A stretch of DNA of 63,959 nucleotides, counting the filler, from Nemertoderma westbladi (Eukaryota; Animalia; Xenacoelomorpha): assembly GCA_032718475.1 (NCBI GenBank). It is 3 parts of 3 records of this genome, joined end to end, with 100 filler letters (N's around TTAATTAATTAA, not from the genome) between each part and the next. Parts side by side here need not be neighbours in the genome. Positions count along the whole stretch, not along the records: positions 54,600 to 63,959 come from JAUCBJ010006422.1; 2 more parts are not named here. One strand, given 5' to 3'. The position numbers and the translations under genes are program-made. Every line of letters begins with the position of its first letter. The stretch's first letter is position 1. Below, one piece after another: positions 63,086-63,959 of this stretch. The notes under the pieces are model-generated. The model was not told the origin of the DNA and made no database searches. It saw nothing but the letters and a program-made list of their open reading frames with translations.

Positions 63086-63959
63086 GTATATTTTGCTATT
63101 TTATTTTATTTATATTATATCAAGTATATTTATATTTCAAATATTTTGCAATGTATTTTGCGCCCCAGAAAACCTGTATTGAAAAAAATTAGCCGAAAAA
63201 GGTAACTTTCAAATTTTGTGAAAATTGTGCACTACTTGTAATTTTGGTGCTGCAATATTACCACCCCAGTACATTTTTTCGAAAATTTTTTTTTTCGGTC
63301 GGATCCAGACTCGTGATACCTACGTACAAACAAAAAATCAGACGTTTTCGTTAATATTTGTAGATTTTAGAGGGAGGGGTCAATATGACCCCCCCCCCCC
63401 CCCCCCGGTATTTGTACAGCATTTTATACTAATAGGGTACTAATAGGGTTAAATAGCATAGTTATTTTTGATTCATTGTCAAGTTCAGAGAAATACATTA
63501 ACTCGAATCAGCTAAGTCCAGACATTCCGTCTCCTTGGCCATCCATTTGGTTGCTCTGACTAAATGTCGGCTCGCTTTAATTTTTATTATTGACAGATTG
63601 TTAACTTACCCGGAGCTGAGTCGGGCCTTGCGCTTGCAGTTATAGTAGAGAACACCCACTGATGCATTGATACAGCACAGGCTAATAACGTAATAAGGGA
63701 GTTAGTTGGATGCGGCTTTGTTTAAAGGAGGAGTATGTATAATAATCGGATTTTGTGTGTTATTATTCGATAATCACTTCTCACCTTTTCCTTTGTGTAG
63801 CTTCAGTTTAGAGTCATTATGAAATGGCAACGTATTCTGTATGAAGTAATTATATAGTTCTATAGTTAGTAGCTGGGTCTGTTACAGGTCAAGAGGCAGC
63901 TATTAAATAGCGACACTCTGTCTCGGACGAGTTCGGTATACTGATGAAATTCAGATTAG

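Overview
This is animal (probably invertebrate) genomic DNA in three segments. They are joined by two N-gaps carrying an artificial TTAATTAATTAA linker, so contiguity across the gaps is unproven. Host genes are a small two-exon ankyrin-repeat gene (+), an intronless SLC18B1-like MFS transporter (+), six internal exons of ACSS3 (-), an intronless PRXL2C-like gene nested antisense in an ACSS3 intron, and an MBD2/3-like ORF with no visible methyl-CpG-binding domain. The rest is transposon debris (BEL/Pao, L2/CR1-type, RTE, piggyBac, MITEs, DINE-1/Helentron-like elements, a SINE, a SAP+Ulp1 pseudogene) and tandem repeats. The most striking pattern is that three introns in two unrelated genes are mostly tandem copies (about 20-34) of their own exon-intron junction, splice site included. 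All coordinates, translations and copy numbers were read by eye and no database search was run.
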